DNA of 63,891 nucleotides, counting the filler, from Octopus bimaculoides (Eukaryota), in NCBI RefSeq assembly GCF_001194135.2. It is 5 parts of 3 records of this genome, joined end to end, with 100 filler letters (N's around TTAATTAATTAA, not from the genome) between each part and the next. Parts side by side here need not be neighbours in the genome. Positions count along the whole stretch, not along the records: positions 18,519 to 38,087 come from NC_069001.1; positions 38,188 to 41,624 come from NC_068984.1; positions 41,725 to 58,713 come from NC_069006.1; 2 more parts are not named here. The stretch is one strand, 5' to 3'. A program made the translations under genes and the position numbers. A model generated the notes under the pieces. It saw nothing but the letters and a program-made list of their open reading frames with translations, searched no databases and was not told the origin of the DNA. Numbering within the stretch: position 1 is the first letter of the stretch; every line of letters starts with the position of its first letter. Of this stretch, positions 35,340-47,852 are shown in pieces.

Positions 35340-36201
35340 GTGAGTTTACTCTAACCTTGTCTGTATATGTATATGTATGCAGTTCATTTTCCTATCCTCC
35401 CAAGCAAATAATGAGTTGGTAGTTACTGTTGTTCTTGTTGTAGTTTAGCCCCCAGATCAGCTTTCATTGCAGAGATCTATGATCAACAGTATTCCAGCTA
35501 TGGCCCCACTAGTTCTGTCAAGCACTGTGCATCACAGATTACAACAATCAAAGATGGTAGGGTGTAATTTGAGGGAGATGTGGTTGTTCTTTCTAACAAA
35601 TTTAGCAACTACATAGAGGCTCCTGCAGTGACTAACAGAGTTGGAAGTTATGGCAGCTGACATGGTTAAGTTTGGAACTTTATCTCTGTCAATTCTTTTG
35701 TTGACTGATACTGTTGACACCTCTCACTTGAATGCTTTTATATTTGAAAAGATTAGAAAACTAAATTTTGTCAGTCCTTACAAAGGGCAATATCCACAAC
35801 CTTTATTTTCAGTACCTTTAAGATTGCTGAGAGTAAGGAAGAAAGTTATTCTAAAAGTAGGGAACTGACCCAAATACTTGCAACAGTGGAGTTTTCTAAA
35901 TATCCAAATGCCTGGTGGTTGTGTTAAATCAAGCAATAAATTATGTATGCTATCCAAGAACAGAATTGATTCACTTGATGGGCTTTGCTCACAAGGCTTT
36001 GATAATGCACTGTAGAATCAATTCTAAACCATTTAGTTGCAAAGCAAACTTGTTTATCAAATAGTTATACCTGCACTCATTTAGTTTTGTACCTTTCCAT
36101 TAGATCTGTTGGCTCAGGGCTGACCTGTGGCTAAACAATAATACTTACCTCCCCATAGTTATTTAATCCCTTTTTTAACCCTGTCATAAATTTTAAATCA
36201 G

Positions 36202-36445
36202 ATCAAAGAATTTTCTGTCTGCTGACATCAAAGATGGTCCTGAAGTGGAGTCCAAGGAATCGACTGCAAGTACCTTTCTTGATCTGCAGATTCTAAAGGA
36301 ATTGGGTCAAGGCAATGAAGCAATTCCAGTGCCCAAGAGTGAAACTAAAACATCCCAAGAAGAACAACAACTGCAACAGCAACAAGATCCACTTCAGGAA
36401 GAAAATCAAGATCAACAGCAATCTGATATTTCATTGTCATGGACT
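36202..36445 (+). CDS. Candidate internal exon (chain B), SKNFLSADIKDGPEVESKESTASTFLDLQILKELGQG..QEEQQLQQQQDPLQEENQDQQQSDISLSWT
   Basis: Acceptor aattttaaatcAG, donor ACT/gtaagg. 244 nt, phase 2->0, open; composition looks protein-coding. Confidence 0.65.
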
Positions 36446-37329
36446 GTAAGGTTAAAATATCTATTTTTAATTTGTATTGTATAACTGTATTATTATATTG
36501 GTGTTTTAATATTTGATATGTCTTTTAATGGAAGAACTATAAGATCAGAGATATTGCCATGAACCAAGCAATGCTGTAGTTGTAATGACAACAGTATTCT
36601 TTGACAAATGGGCTTGAAAATGATAGGGGTGCCGTTGTCATCACAACAATTTAGGACGTAGCTCAATGGTAACATTGTCGTCATGTCATATGAACACAGT
36701 TTATAAATGGAGGTATGACAACCATATAATTACAACTACGTAATATTAACATAATTATTAGTAGTAGTTATGTAATTAACTGAATTTACTTGAATGGGAC
36801 ATGAAAGTAATTTTATTGGGAATGTTTTTGAAATATGAAATTCAAGTCACTATTGCTGGTATAAATATAAGATAGAAAATGAGCATAAAAGAAAATAAGA
36901 AAAACACCCAGACAGTAACAATATGAAGGTAAAGTTAATCCACTGCAACAATAACTGATGTGTTAATGACAACCAAACAGCATGTAGCAAAAGAATGATA
37001 CAGGGAAGTAATACAATCATTTTAGTTACATGACAACAGAAATCATGTAATCACCTTCATTAGCTTACAGCTGTTTCTACTAATTGATTCCATGTATTAA
37101 AATGCCTTCCAAACTAAATGCATACTTTTAATGACTTGAAGGAAGCCATAGGCTATTACACAAGCACTCAGCTCCAAGTGCACTGTGTCATATAGCAGAA
37201 AACAGCTGTAAGCTAATGAAGATATGATCATGTAGCATTCATCTATATTATGCTCTGTACTTAAGGCGGATAATGGCAGAATCATTAGCACATCATGTGA
37301 AATGTTTAGCAGCATTTCATTTGTCTTCA

Positions 37330-37480
37330 TGTTCTGAGTTCAAATTCCACTATGGTCGACTTTGACTTTTGTTCTCTCAGGGTTAATAAAATAAGTACCA
37401 GTTGAGTACTGGGGTCAATGTAATTGACTTGTCCCCTCCTCCGAACTTGCTGGTCTTGTGCCAAAATTTGAAATCAATAT
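37330..37480 (+). mobile_element. Meta/MESC-like SINE, 5'-truncated
   Basis: GTTCTGAGTTCAAATTCC..GTCGACTTTG..AAGTACCAGTTGAGTACTGGGGTC. Confidence 0.8.
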
Positions 37481-38394
37481 TATGCTCTGTACTCACCAAA
37501 TGCTTTACTATGAAGCATATGTGTACACATATCATCATCATTATCATTTTAATATTCACTTTTCATGCTTGCATAAGTTCAATAGAATTTATTGAGGTGA
37601 ATTTTCCACAGCCAGATGCCCTCCCTGTCACCAACCTTCACTTGTTTCCCCACGACCAGACATGTTTCCACAGTTTATTGGAAACAGAGGATACTGCTTG
37701 CCTTATAGTGACACTTGTTTACAACTAGTTGCAATGGGAAGACAGTTCACACAAACACACATGCACACCGCACACACTAAATTTTGAATTAAAAACAGCT
37801 CTAATAATGTCACACATACATAGTGTAGCACATCAGCAAATAGTCCTCACACTGTTTACATATATGACACAGACCTGTGACTCAATTTGTTTTGATGTGA
37901 ATTGAGTAAATGAAGAACTGAAGAACTATAACAACAGACAAATATCAATATCTATCATTGTCGATCACCTGTCTAGGACATTCAGTGTTCTTTAACACTT
38001 GGCGTCATGTAGGAAACTTTCCCAGGATGCAGTCCCATGACAAATTGGTGTATACACAAAACACATACTCTATATATATATATATATNNNNNNNNNNNNN
38101 NNNNNNNNNNNNNNNNNNNNNNNNNNNNNNNTTAATTAATTAANNNNNNNNNNNNNNNNNNNNNNNNNNNNNNNNNNNNNNNNNNNNTGTGTGTGTGTGT
38201 GTATTAAAGAAAGCAAAAAAAAAAATTGATAGTGTTCTGTATGTTGGCGACTGGAATTTCTGTCAAAGGGACATAGTTAAACAGAGTTATACATTATCTC
38301 CCTCTTTCTCTCACACACCCACTATTTCTCTCTCTTTTATTATTACTCCCACTGCCACTATCAACACTACTACTTTTAAAAAAACATCATCAAC

Positions 38395-38587
<193 letters not shown>

Positions 38588-38789
38588 GCTGTCTTCGCCA
38601 CCGCTCTCACTGTCTCTATACCTACTATTATTCTTACCCCATCATGAAGAATATCATGAGGAGTATCACTGAATAGCGAGAGAGGGAGTATAAGTGTGAC
38701 ACACTGACACACAGAAATTAGTTTTCGCATTTATTAAATTAGAAGAAATACTGTTACTGCAACACATTCGAAATGTCATCATAGAAACA

Positions 38790-39334
38790 ACCTTGAATGC
38801 CACATGGAAAACATCACACATGTGATTAGCAGCTGCCAAAAATACCAAAGTACTATCTCCCCGTGCAACATGACGTCGCAAAAACAAAATGTAATGCCAT
38901 TCAGAAAAATGACTTTCCAGGAATAAATATAGAGAATCCCCCTGTTATTGAATACATACACAAATATCAGCGCAAGGAATTCTGGTGGAACATTCCCATC
39001 AAAACATCTGTCAGACGTAAGCGTAGCAGACCGGATATTGTTGTTTGGGACAGATAAGAAAAAGTATGTATCGTCATAGAAGTCAGCTGTCCTGCTAATG
39101 TGAATGTCTCTGATTTTCAAAGAGAAGATAGCTATGGACAATTGCTTCGAAACCTCCAGCTTCTATATCCGGATTACAAGATCACTTGGTTTTGTAAGTA
39201 AATGCCTAACAGTCACTCTGGATAAGCTTGGATTTTCAGGAAAAGAAATCAACCAACTGATTCGCACATTACAAATACAATCTGTAAGCGGAGAAGTAAA
39301 ACTATGCAAGACTTTTCTCATGTATATAATGTGA
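38790..39334 (+). mobile_element. RLE non-LTR retrotransposon: zinc knuckle plus endonuclease remnant
   Basis: ENITHVISSC, YYLPVQHDVAK, EFWWNIPIKT..RPDIVVWDR*..IVIEVSCPANVNV..YGQLLRNLQLLYPDY..EVKLCKTFL. Confidence 0.85.
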
Positions 39335-39887
39335 CATTGTTTCATTATCTACATTCCAAAGACGGTGCTTTGTATCTTTGTTAGAAACCAGCTCTTTCAG
39401 AGGAAGGATTTAAATGATTAAAAACAGAAGAGACATACATACCTACATACATACAGACAGACATTCATATAAAATACCTGCATATATCCATATATCCATA
39501 TATACACACTTACTCAAATGCACTCATACATACATACATACATACATACATACGTACATACATGCATGCATAACAATATTTATGCACAATTGCCTTGAAA
39601 CCTGCAACTTCTCTATCCATTTATACTATTAATTATTTGCTGCATTTAGCGAGGTTAGTACAAGTTTAAGAGACAATACGTAGAAGCAACTGTTTTTCAG
39701 TCAGAAAATGACCAAATTAACACAAATATTGCAAATACAATCCATAAGTGGAACTGTAAAGATATGCAAGAATTTATTACATTTAGCGTGTGACAATTAT
39801 CGTTGATATTATCCAAATTCTAATGATGGCGCCTCTATTTCTTTGTTAGAAGACAGCTCCTTCTCTAAAGAAATAATTCAAGTAATT

Positions 39888-39932
<45 letters not shown>

Positions 39933-40282
39933 CTAATCAACACAGTAACTGTTCGGTATTTCCCAAGATTCGAAAATTTGTGTCTTGCTAACCGAGTTTC
40001 TTAACCTTTATATACTTTCCATTGCAATGTTGTCCATCCATTCACTTACTCACATTCCTTTGGGAATATTTACAGATCTCATGGCAATTGCAAATTTGAA
40101 ATTGCTGCAAGTTATTTGTAGGCTTAAGTTGTTATTGAGAAATGCTCAGTATTTCTTTCCTTGTTCTAGTGAGCGCTATAGTTAAGAGAATAATCGTACG
40201 ACGAAATGAGTCTACAATCCTGTGTCAATTTTCGATTCTATCTACCTTGTAACAAATTCGAAACCAGTCTTAGTCATAGTGA

Positions 40283-40400
40283 TTTCACGTGATTGGCCGA
40301 TTAAGTGACCAATCAGCATCGAACCATCACGTGATTCGACATTCTAGAACTTTCTAACGAGGTTTATAAATAGGCGAATTTTTACGCTCATTTCAGAATG
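40283..40400 (+). promoter_or_regulatory. Compact Pol II promoter-like module (2x TCACGTGA, inverted CCAAT pair, HSE, TATA, Inr)
   Basis: TCACGTGATTGG (~40285), CCAAT (~40309), TCACGTGA (~40327), aTTCtaGAActTTCt (40341-40355), TATAAATA (40365), TCATTT (40388). Confidence 0.5.
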
Positions 40401-40614
40401 ATGAGGCTGTTGCGGTGACAACTCCATTCTCATTTTCATTCTCCAGCCGCTTGCAGATACAGAATGGCGAGCAGTTGTTTTAACAACTCCATGCTCATAT
40501 TTCTAATCTCTACCCGTGCAGATGAAAGGTACAGATTTTCCACCATGAATTTAGCACGATATTTCTCCAGTTGTGACAGCATCATCACAGTTATATGTGC
40601 CAGCTATTTTGTCA

Positions 40615-41510
40615 AAGACTACAGAGTTTGTCTCTCTCAGTGTGTATAAATTGTTGTTTGTATTATCTCCATTCAAAGACCAGCGCGGAAATATTGATAG
40701 CATATTAAGAGAGGAACGAATAAAAGAACTTACATGTTGACTAGAATGACTACAAGAAAGCTTACAATAATACTTCACACAACTGATTTTGGAGAGCGTG
40801 AGAACATGTTGGGGTCAATAAGAAAATTAAAGTTTTTTTTGTTTGCAGAAAAACAAAAGAAGTAAACAATGAGATCATGGGAAGTAGCTCCAAAATGCAG
40901 AAGTGAATCATTGAGAATCGAGGGGGATATTCCAGAGAGATTCATTCTCTCTATTACTTTTCGTATATTACGTTGATCCCTCTGATAAGCACACTTAGAA
41001 AATCCAGGCCTTCCTATGAGCTTGCCAAAACCAGGGGGAAAATATATCACCTTCTATATATAGATGAACTCAAACTATATTAAAAAGGAAAAAGATCTGG
41101 GTTCTTTGATCAAGACAGTAAGAATTTTAGTGAGGATATTGGTATGCAGTGTGGGGTAAATAAGTAAGAAATTTTAATTACGAAAAGAGAATGACGTCGT
41201 ATAATTACCAGATGATTCGTAAGATTGTTGAGAAATAACGAAGGATACAAATACCCAGGAGTACTGCAGGATGAGAGGGTAATGAAAAAAGAAATGAGAG
41301 AGAAAATCACCAAAGGATGAGAAAAGTTTGTGAAATAAAACTAAATGGGTAGAATATATGGACAATGTCAGTATTATGATACTATGTTCTTTTCTAAAAT
41401 GGACGAAGACAGAGCAACAAAAATTAGATAAAAGAACTAGGAAGCTGTTCACAATGCATAACACACACCATCCCGAAAGTAATATCGACAAGTTTTATCT
41501 GCTAAAGGAT
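40615..41510 (+). mobile_element. R4/Dong/NeSL-like reverse transcriptase remnant
   Basis: YRVCL..YKLL, KDQ, DYKKAYNN, GIFQRDSFS, HLLYIDELKLY, IFSEDIGMQ, KLDKRTRKLFTMHNTHHPESNIDKFYL. Many stops and frameshifts. Confidence 0.8.
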
Positions 41511-41724
41511 ATTCCCGACCGTTATACTAATACATCCATTTGTTATTTACACCACCTGTCTTCGTCTATCGTTTTTTCGTGAATTCTCCCATATATATAT
41601 GTATATATATATATATATATATATNNNNNNNNNNNNNNNNNNNNNNNNNNNNNNNNNNNNNNNNNNNNTTAATTAATTAANNNNNNNNNNNNNNNNNNNN
41701 NNNNNNNNNNNNNNNNNNNNNNNN

Positions 41725-41770
<46 letters not shown>

Positions 41771-41771
<1 letters not shown>

Positions 41772-43640
41772 GACGGTGTCAGCTATAGCCTAGTTACCTG
41801 TATAGTTAACCAGGTGATACACAAAGGAGTCATACCCCATGACTGGTATAGCAGCACCATAGTCAACTGCTACAAAGGTGAAGCTGATGCTTTAGATACA
41901 AATAATTACAAAGGTATCAAGTTGTTGGATCAGGTAATGAAGGTCACGGAGAGGGTCAGAGCCAGACTAATTAGGGAGTGAGTCAGTCTAGATGAGATGC
42001 AGTTTGGGTTTGTGCCAGAGAAAAGCACTGCTGGTGCTATATTTCTGGTAAGACAGCTGCTGGAGAAATACCTAGCCAAAGATAAACCTCTGTACCTGGC
42101 TTTCGTTGACATGGAGAAAGCTTTTGACAGAGTCCCCCGATCCCTTATCTGGTGGTCAATGAGGAAACTAGGGATAGAAGACTGGTTAGTGAGAGCTGTG
42201 CGAGCCATGTACAGGGATGCTGTCAGTAAGGTGAGGGTTGGCAACGAGTACAGTGAAGAATTCCGGGTAGAGGTAGGGGTCCACCAAGGATCTGTCCTCA
42301 TCCACCTCTTATTCATCATAGTCCTCCAGGCAATAATAGAGGAATTCAAGACAGGATGCCCCTGGGAGCTCCTCTATGCTAATGACCTTGCTCTAATTGC
42401 TGAGTCACTATCAGAACTAGAGGAGAAGTTCCATGTGTGGAAGCAAGAATTAAAAACGAAGAACCTTAGTCAACCTAGCTAAAACCAAAGTCTTAATAAG
42501 TAGGAAGACAGACAAACCACAAATCCCTTCAGGTAGATGGCCCTACTTTATCTGTAGAAAAGGCTTACGTAGAAACTCCATAAGATGTACCCAGTGTAAG
42601 TTATGGACACATAAGAGGTGCAGCAATATCAAAGGAAGGCTAACCGGGAAGATAGTTTTTGTATGTGGCAAATGTTCAGGTACTATAAACACAGAAAATG
42701 TGCAGAGAACAGCTTCTGTCACATTTCAGGGAGAAAAACTAGAGATAGTTGATAGCTTCTGTTACCTAGGGGACCAAATCATTAGCAGGGGTGGATGCTC
42801 TGAAAGTGTAGCTGCTAGAATAAGAATAGCCTGGGCAAAGTTCAGAGAGCTCCTACCTCTGCTGGTGACAAAGGGCCTCTCACTCAGAGTAAAAGGCAGA
42901 CTGTATGACGCATGTGTACGAACAGCCATGCTACATGGTAGTGAAACATGAGCTATGACTGCTGAGGACATGCATAAGCTTGCAAGGAATGAAGCCAGTA
43001 TGCCCCACTGGATGTGTAATGTCAGTATGCATACACAACAGAGTGTAAGCACTCTGAGAGAAAAGTTGGATTTAAGAAGCATCAGATGTGGTGTGCAAGA
43101 GAGACGACTGCACTGGTATAGTTATGTGTTGCAAATGAATGAGGATAGCTGTGTGAAGAAGTGTCACACCCTTGCAGTTGAGGGAACCTGTGGAAGAAGT
43201 AGACCCAGGAAAACCTGGGATGAGGTGGTGAAGTACGACCTTCGAACATTGGGCAATGACTAGTGACTAGGACCTTTGGAGATGTGCTGTGCTTGAGAAG
43301 ACCCGACAAACCAAGTGAGACCATAGCCCATGGCCTATGCCAGTGGCTGTAACCAGCCCACTTATGAATATCCGTCATTCATTGGACAATAAACTTTGCT
43401 TGTGAAGACCTATTGAGGCAAGTGAAATCAAAATCAAAATCGTTGGCGTGGCTGATGACAGTACCGCCTGATTGGCACTCGTGCCAGTGGAATGTTAAAA
43501 GCACATCTGAACGTGGGGTGTAACTGACCCACTTATGGATACCCCTCATTCATTGGACAATGAACTTTGCTTGCAAAGACCTATTGAGGCAAGTGTAAAC
43601 AAACCAAAATTGCTGACGTGGTCGATGACAGTACCACAAT
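41771..43640 (+). mobile_element. RTE-clade LINE, 5'-truncated, disrupted RT with PHD-like finger, duplicated 3'UTR segment
   Basis: NYKGIKLL, QFGFVP.KST..AIFLVRQL.EK, FVDMEKAFDRVP, GVHQGSVL, LLYANDL, FCYLGD, RIRIAWAKFREL, RPRKTWDEVV. ~110-bp direct repeat at 43357-43467 / 43528-43637. Confidence 0.92.
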
Positions 43641-43689
43641 GAAAATTTTAGGAAAATAAAAATAAGAAATAAGTGGATAATATTTTACC

Positions 43690-43940
43690 AGTGAGTGTGT
43701 TAAATTATAAGGCACAAAAAGAGGATGACTCTCCCCAGACACAACAGAATATGCATGTATATATTTGTGCCTGTGTCTGTCCCCTACGCCATTGCTTGAC
43801 AACCAATGTTGGTGTGTTTACATCCCCATAACTTAGCAGTTCAGCAAAACTTACTGATAGAATAAGTACTAGGCTGACAAAGACTAAGTCCTGGGGTGGA
43901 TTTGTTCGACTAAAGGTGGTGCTCCAGCATGGTCACAGTC
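43690..43940 (+). mobile_element. CORE-type SINE, 3' half
   Basis: GCTTGACAACC..GGTGTGTTTAC..AACTTAGC..GTGCTCCAGCATGG, shared with 45530-45700. Confidence 0.8.
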
Positions 43941-44292
43941 ATATTATATATATACATATATAAATTACCATAATATTAGCGCCAAGCAGTGTTTAGGCAT
44001 AAGGAAAGTTTAGGTTAGTCAAAATACGTGTAGGTGTACCATGTTTGCTTTGCTAGGGTACGAGAAACAAGAAAGGGTCCCATTGATTCCTTAAGTCCCT
44101 TCTTTAGACAATCCAGAAGATGTACTGAAGTTTCCAGGGAATGAAAGTACATGTGACAAAGGACCAAGGTTTCTTGACCCTAGCCATACTCAAGAAGACC
44201 CGTACTGCTCAGCAGGAGTGTTAAGATCGATCTTTCTGCTGGTGTAAAGCAATCGTGGTGGTGCCACATAAAAGTGCCCATGTGGGTTGTGA

Positions 44293-44912
44293 TTTTGAGG
44301 GAGATTTGGCTGCTATCTTTAGCAGGCTAAGTGGCCAAGTACAGGCTCCTTTATTGTCTTATATTTGAAAGAGATTTGGCTGCTATTTCTAACAGGTCAA
44401 ATGACTAAGTACATGCTCGTTCATTGTCTCATATTTGAAAGAGATTTGGCTGCTATTTCTAACAGGTCAAGTGACCAAGTACAGGCTCTTTTATTGTCTT
44501 GTATTTGAGGGGAGTTTGGCTGCCATTTCTTGCAGATCAAATGACCAAGTATGGGCTCTTTAATTGTCTCATATTTGAAGGAGATTTGGCTGCTATTTCT
44601 AGCAGACCAATTGACCAAGTAGAGGCTCATTTACTATCTCATATTTGAAGGAGATTTGGCAGCTATTTCTAGCAAGCCCAGTGGCCAAGTGCAGGCTCCT
44701 TTATTGTCTTGTATTTGAGGGAGATATGGCTGCCATTTCTTGAAGGTCAATTGAACAAGTACAGGTTTCTTCATTGTCTTGTAGTTGAAGAAGATTTGAC
44801 TGCTATTTTTAGCAGATCAATTGGCCAAGTACAGCTCTTTTAATCGTGGGAGATTTGGCTGCTATTTCTAGCAAGTCCATTGACCAAGGACAGGCTCCTT
44901 TATTGCCTTATA
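44293..44912. repeat. 70-bp tandem array, 9 diverged units
   Basis: GAGATTTGGC recurs at 44301, 44371, 44441, 44511, 44581, 44651, 44721, 44791 and 44850. Confidence 0.95.
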
Positions 44913-45274
44913 TAACTTAATATCTGTTACACCGTGAGGAGGTTGGTGTAATTGGCTCTTTGGCTTCTTCATGAGAAAATTTATGACCAGGAGATAAAGT
45001 TTGAAATATGATCGATCATATACCCATGAAATAAAACTGTCTGCAGCTACAACAACAAGATGAATTACAATCACAACAATAAGAAGAACAACAGCAAGCT
45101 TGAGCAAGCGATAAAAAAAAAGGGTGTCGTGGAAAAGATTTGTCAAACATGAACATAATACCTGCAGAACAAATATTCTAAAGAAATGTATTTTGAAGAT
45201 TAATAATGGAAAATATATGATGCATGCATATGTATATGTGTGCGTGTGTGTGTGTGTCTGTGTGTGTGTGTGTG

Positions 45275-45712
45275 TGCGCAGGAGTGGCTGTGTGGTAAGT
45301 AGCTTGCTTACCAATAAGGCGGTGAGCTGGCAGAAACATTTGCACGCCGGGCGAAATGCTTAGCGGTATTTCGTCTGCCGTTACGTTCTGAGTTCAAATC
45401 ACGCCGAGGTCGACTTTGCCTTTCATCCTTTNNNNNNNNNNTTTGGTAGACGGAAACTGAAAGAAGCCTGTCGTATATATGTATATATATGTGTGTGTGT
45501 GTGTTTGTGTGTCTGTGTTTGTCCTCCCCAACATCACTTGACAACCGATGGTGGTGTGTTTACATCCCAGTAACTTAGCGGATCAGCAAAAGAGACCGAT
45601 AGAATAAGCACTAGGCTTACAAAGAATAAGTCCTGGGGTCGATTTGCTTGACTAAGGGCGGTGCTCCAGCATGGCCGCAGTCAAATGACTGAAACAAGTA
45701 AAAGAGAGAGTA
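45275..45712 (+). mobile_element. CORE-type tRNA SINE interrupted by a Meta/MESC-like SINE (45316-45431)
   Basis: Head GCAGGAGTGGCTGTGTGGTAAGTAGC, then GGCGGTGAGCTGGCAGAAAC.. to a 10-N gap, then TTTGGTAGACGGAAACTG..AAGTAAAAGAG tail. Confidence 0.85.
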
Positions 45713-45794
45713 AAGAGAGAGAGTGTGTGTGTGTGTATATAGATATATACGTATATATGTATGTATGTATATATATATATATATCTATAATTTT

Positions 45795-46014
45795 ATTCTT
45801 TTGTTTCAGTCATTTGACTGCAGCCATGCTGGAGCACTGCTTTTAATCGAACAAACTGACCCCAGGATTTTTTTCTTTGCAAGCATAGTACTTATTCTAT
45901 CAGGCTCTTTTACTGAACCGCTAGGTTACGGGGACATAGACACGCCACCATTGGTTGTCAAACGATGGTGGGGGGACAAACACAGATACACAAGCACACA
46001 CACACACACATATA

Positions 46015-46103
<89 letters not shown>

Positions 46104-46267
46104 GATGGGCTTCTTTCAGTTTCCGTCTACCAAATCCACTCACAAGGTTTTGATTGGAGTGAGGCTATAATAGAAGACACTTGCCCAAGGTGTTACGCAG
46201 TGGGACTGAACCTGGAACCATGTGGTTAGTAAGCAAGCTACTTACCACACAGGCACTCTTGTGCCTA
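45795..46267 (-). mobile_element. CORE-type tRNA SINE, full length
   Basis: Reverse complement of the family, with head A/B boxes and CACCTTGGGCAAGTG (CORE-like). Expanded internal microsatellite. Confidence 0.88.
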
Positions 46268-47852
46268 TACATACATATATATATATATATATGCTTAATA
46301 TATCATTCTCTAAAACATATAAAATGTATAATACGATGCAAGAGAAAACGATAAGGAGTGTATAAAGTCATAAATGACAGAGAAGTAACTATCAGGACAA
46401 ATTGTTTCGTAACTTAAAATCATGCAAGTAATTTATATCTTTATATTTAATAGTAAATGAATTACTTACAAACTGGCACTAATGCAAAATGCAAAAAATC
46501 CTTCGAAATAATGCAGAATTTAAGCTACGTTTTTAGGTGAAAGAAAGTTTCTGTTAAAAATGGTTTTAAGTTACAAAACAAATTTGTCTTGATATTTGAA
46601 TTTTCTTATTCTTAAGTAAAATTTCATCAAACTATTTCTCTGTCATTTATGACTTTTATATACACACATATACATATAATATATGATGTATACGTATATA
46701 TAATATATATATATTTATATGTGATGTATATATTTCTATTTATGTACTTGGCCGTAAAAACCTAGCCAAAACGGACACAGAAGTTTGGTGCAGTCTTCTG
46801 CCTGGCCAGCTCCTGTCAGACTGTCCAACCCATGCCAGCATGGAGAGCAGACGTTAAATGATGACAATGATGACATATATAAATATTCAATTTTTTTTAG
46901 TTCATTATGATGTCTTTTGTGCCTGTTGAATGGCTTTGAAAAGTTTCTCAACATATGAAACTGTGTGTGTATATATATATGTATATATATATATATATAT
47001 ATATTCACACACACATATATATATACATATGTATATATTGTATATGTATATTATATATGCATATACACATGTATACATATATATANNNNNNNNNNNNNNN
47101 NNNNNNNNNNNNNNNNNNNNNNNNNNNNNNNNNNNNNNNNNNNNNNNNNNNNNNNNNNNNNNNNNNNNNNNNNNNNNNNNNNNNNNNNNNNNNNNNNNNN
47201 NNNNNNNNNNNNNNNNNNNNNNNNNNNNNNNNNNNNNNNNNNNNNNNNNNNNNNNNNNNNNNNNNNNNNNNNNNNNNNNNNNNNNNNNNNNNNNNNNNNN
47301 NNNNNNNNNNNNNNNNNNNNNNNNNNNNNNNNNNNNNNNNNNNNNNNNNNNNNNNNNNNNNNNNNNNNNNNNNNNNNNNNNNNNNNNNNNNNNNNNNNNN
47401 NNNNNNNNNNNNNNNNNNNNNNNNNNNNNNNNNNNNNNNNNNNNNNNNNNNNNNNNNNNNNNNNNNNNNNNNNNNNNNNNNNNNNNNNNNNNNNNNNNNN
47501 NNNNNNNNNNNNNNNNNNNNNNNNNNNNNNNNNNNNNNNNNNNNNNNNNNNNNNNNNNNNNNNNNNNNNNNNNNNNNNNNNNNNNNNNNNNNNNNNNNNN
47601 NNNNNNNNNNNNNNNNNNNNNNNNNNNNNNNNNNNNNNNNNNNNNNNNNNNNNNNNNNNNNNNNNNNNNNNNNNNNNNNNNNNNNNNNNNNNNNNNNNNN
47701 NNNNNNNNNNNNNNNNNNNNNNNNNNNNNNNNNNNNNNNNNNNNNNNNNNNNNNNNNNNNNNNNNNNNNNNNNNNNNNNNNNNNNNNNNNNNNNNNNNNN
47801 NNNNNNNNNNNNNNNNNNNNNNNNNNNNNNNNNNNNNNNNNNNNNNNNNNNN

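Noticed and set aside
40464-40649. 61-aa ORF downstream of the promoter-like module as its product
   Set aside because: No recognisable motif, and its 3' end overlaps degenerate LINE RT sequence.
44293-44912. CRISPR-like look of the 70-bp array (conserved half plus variable half)
   Set aside because: The variable halves are homologous to each other, so they are not unique spacers. The context is eukaryotic and there are no cas genes.
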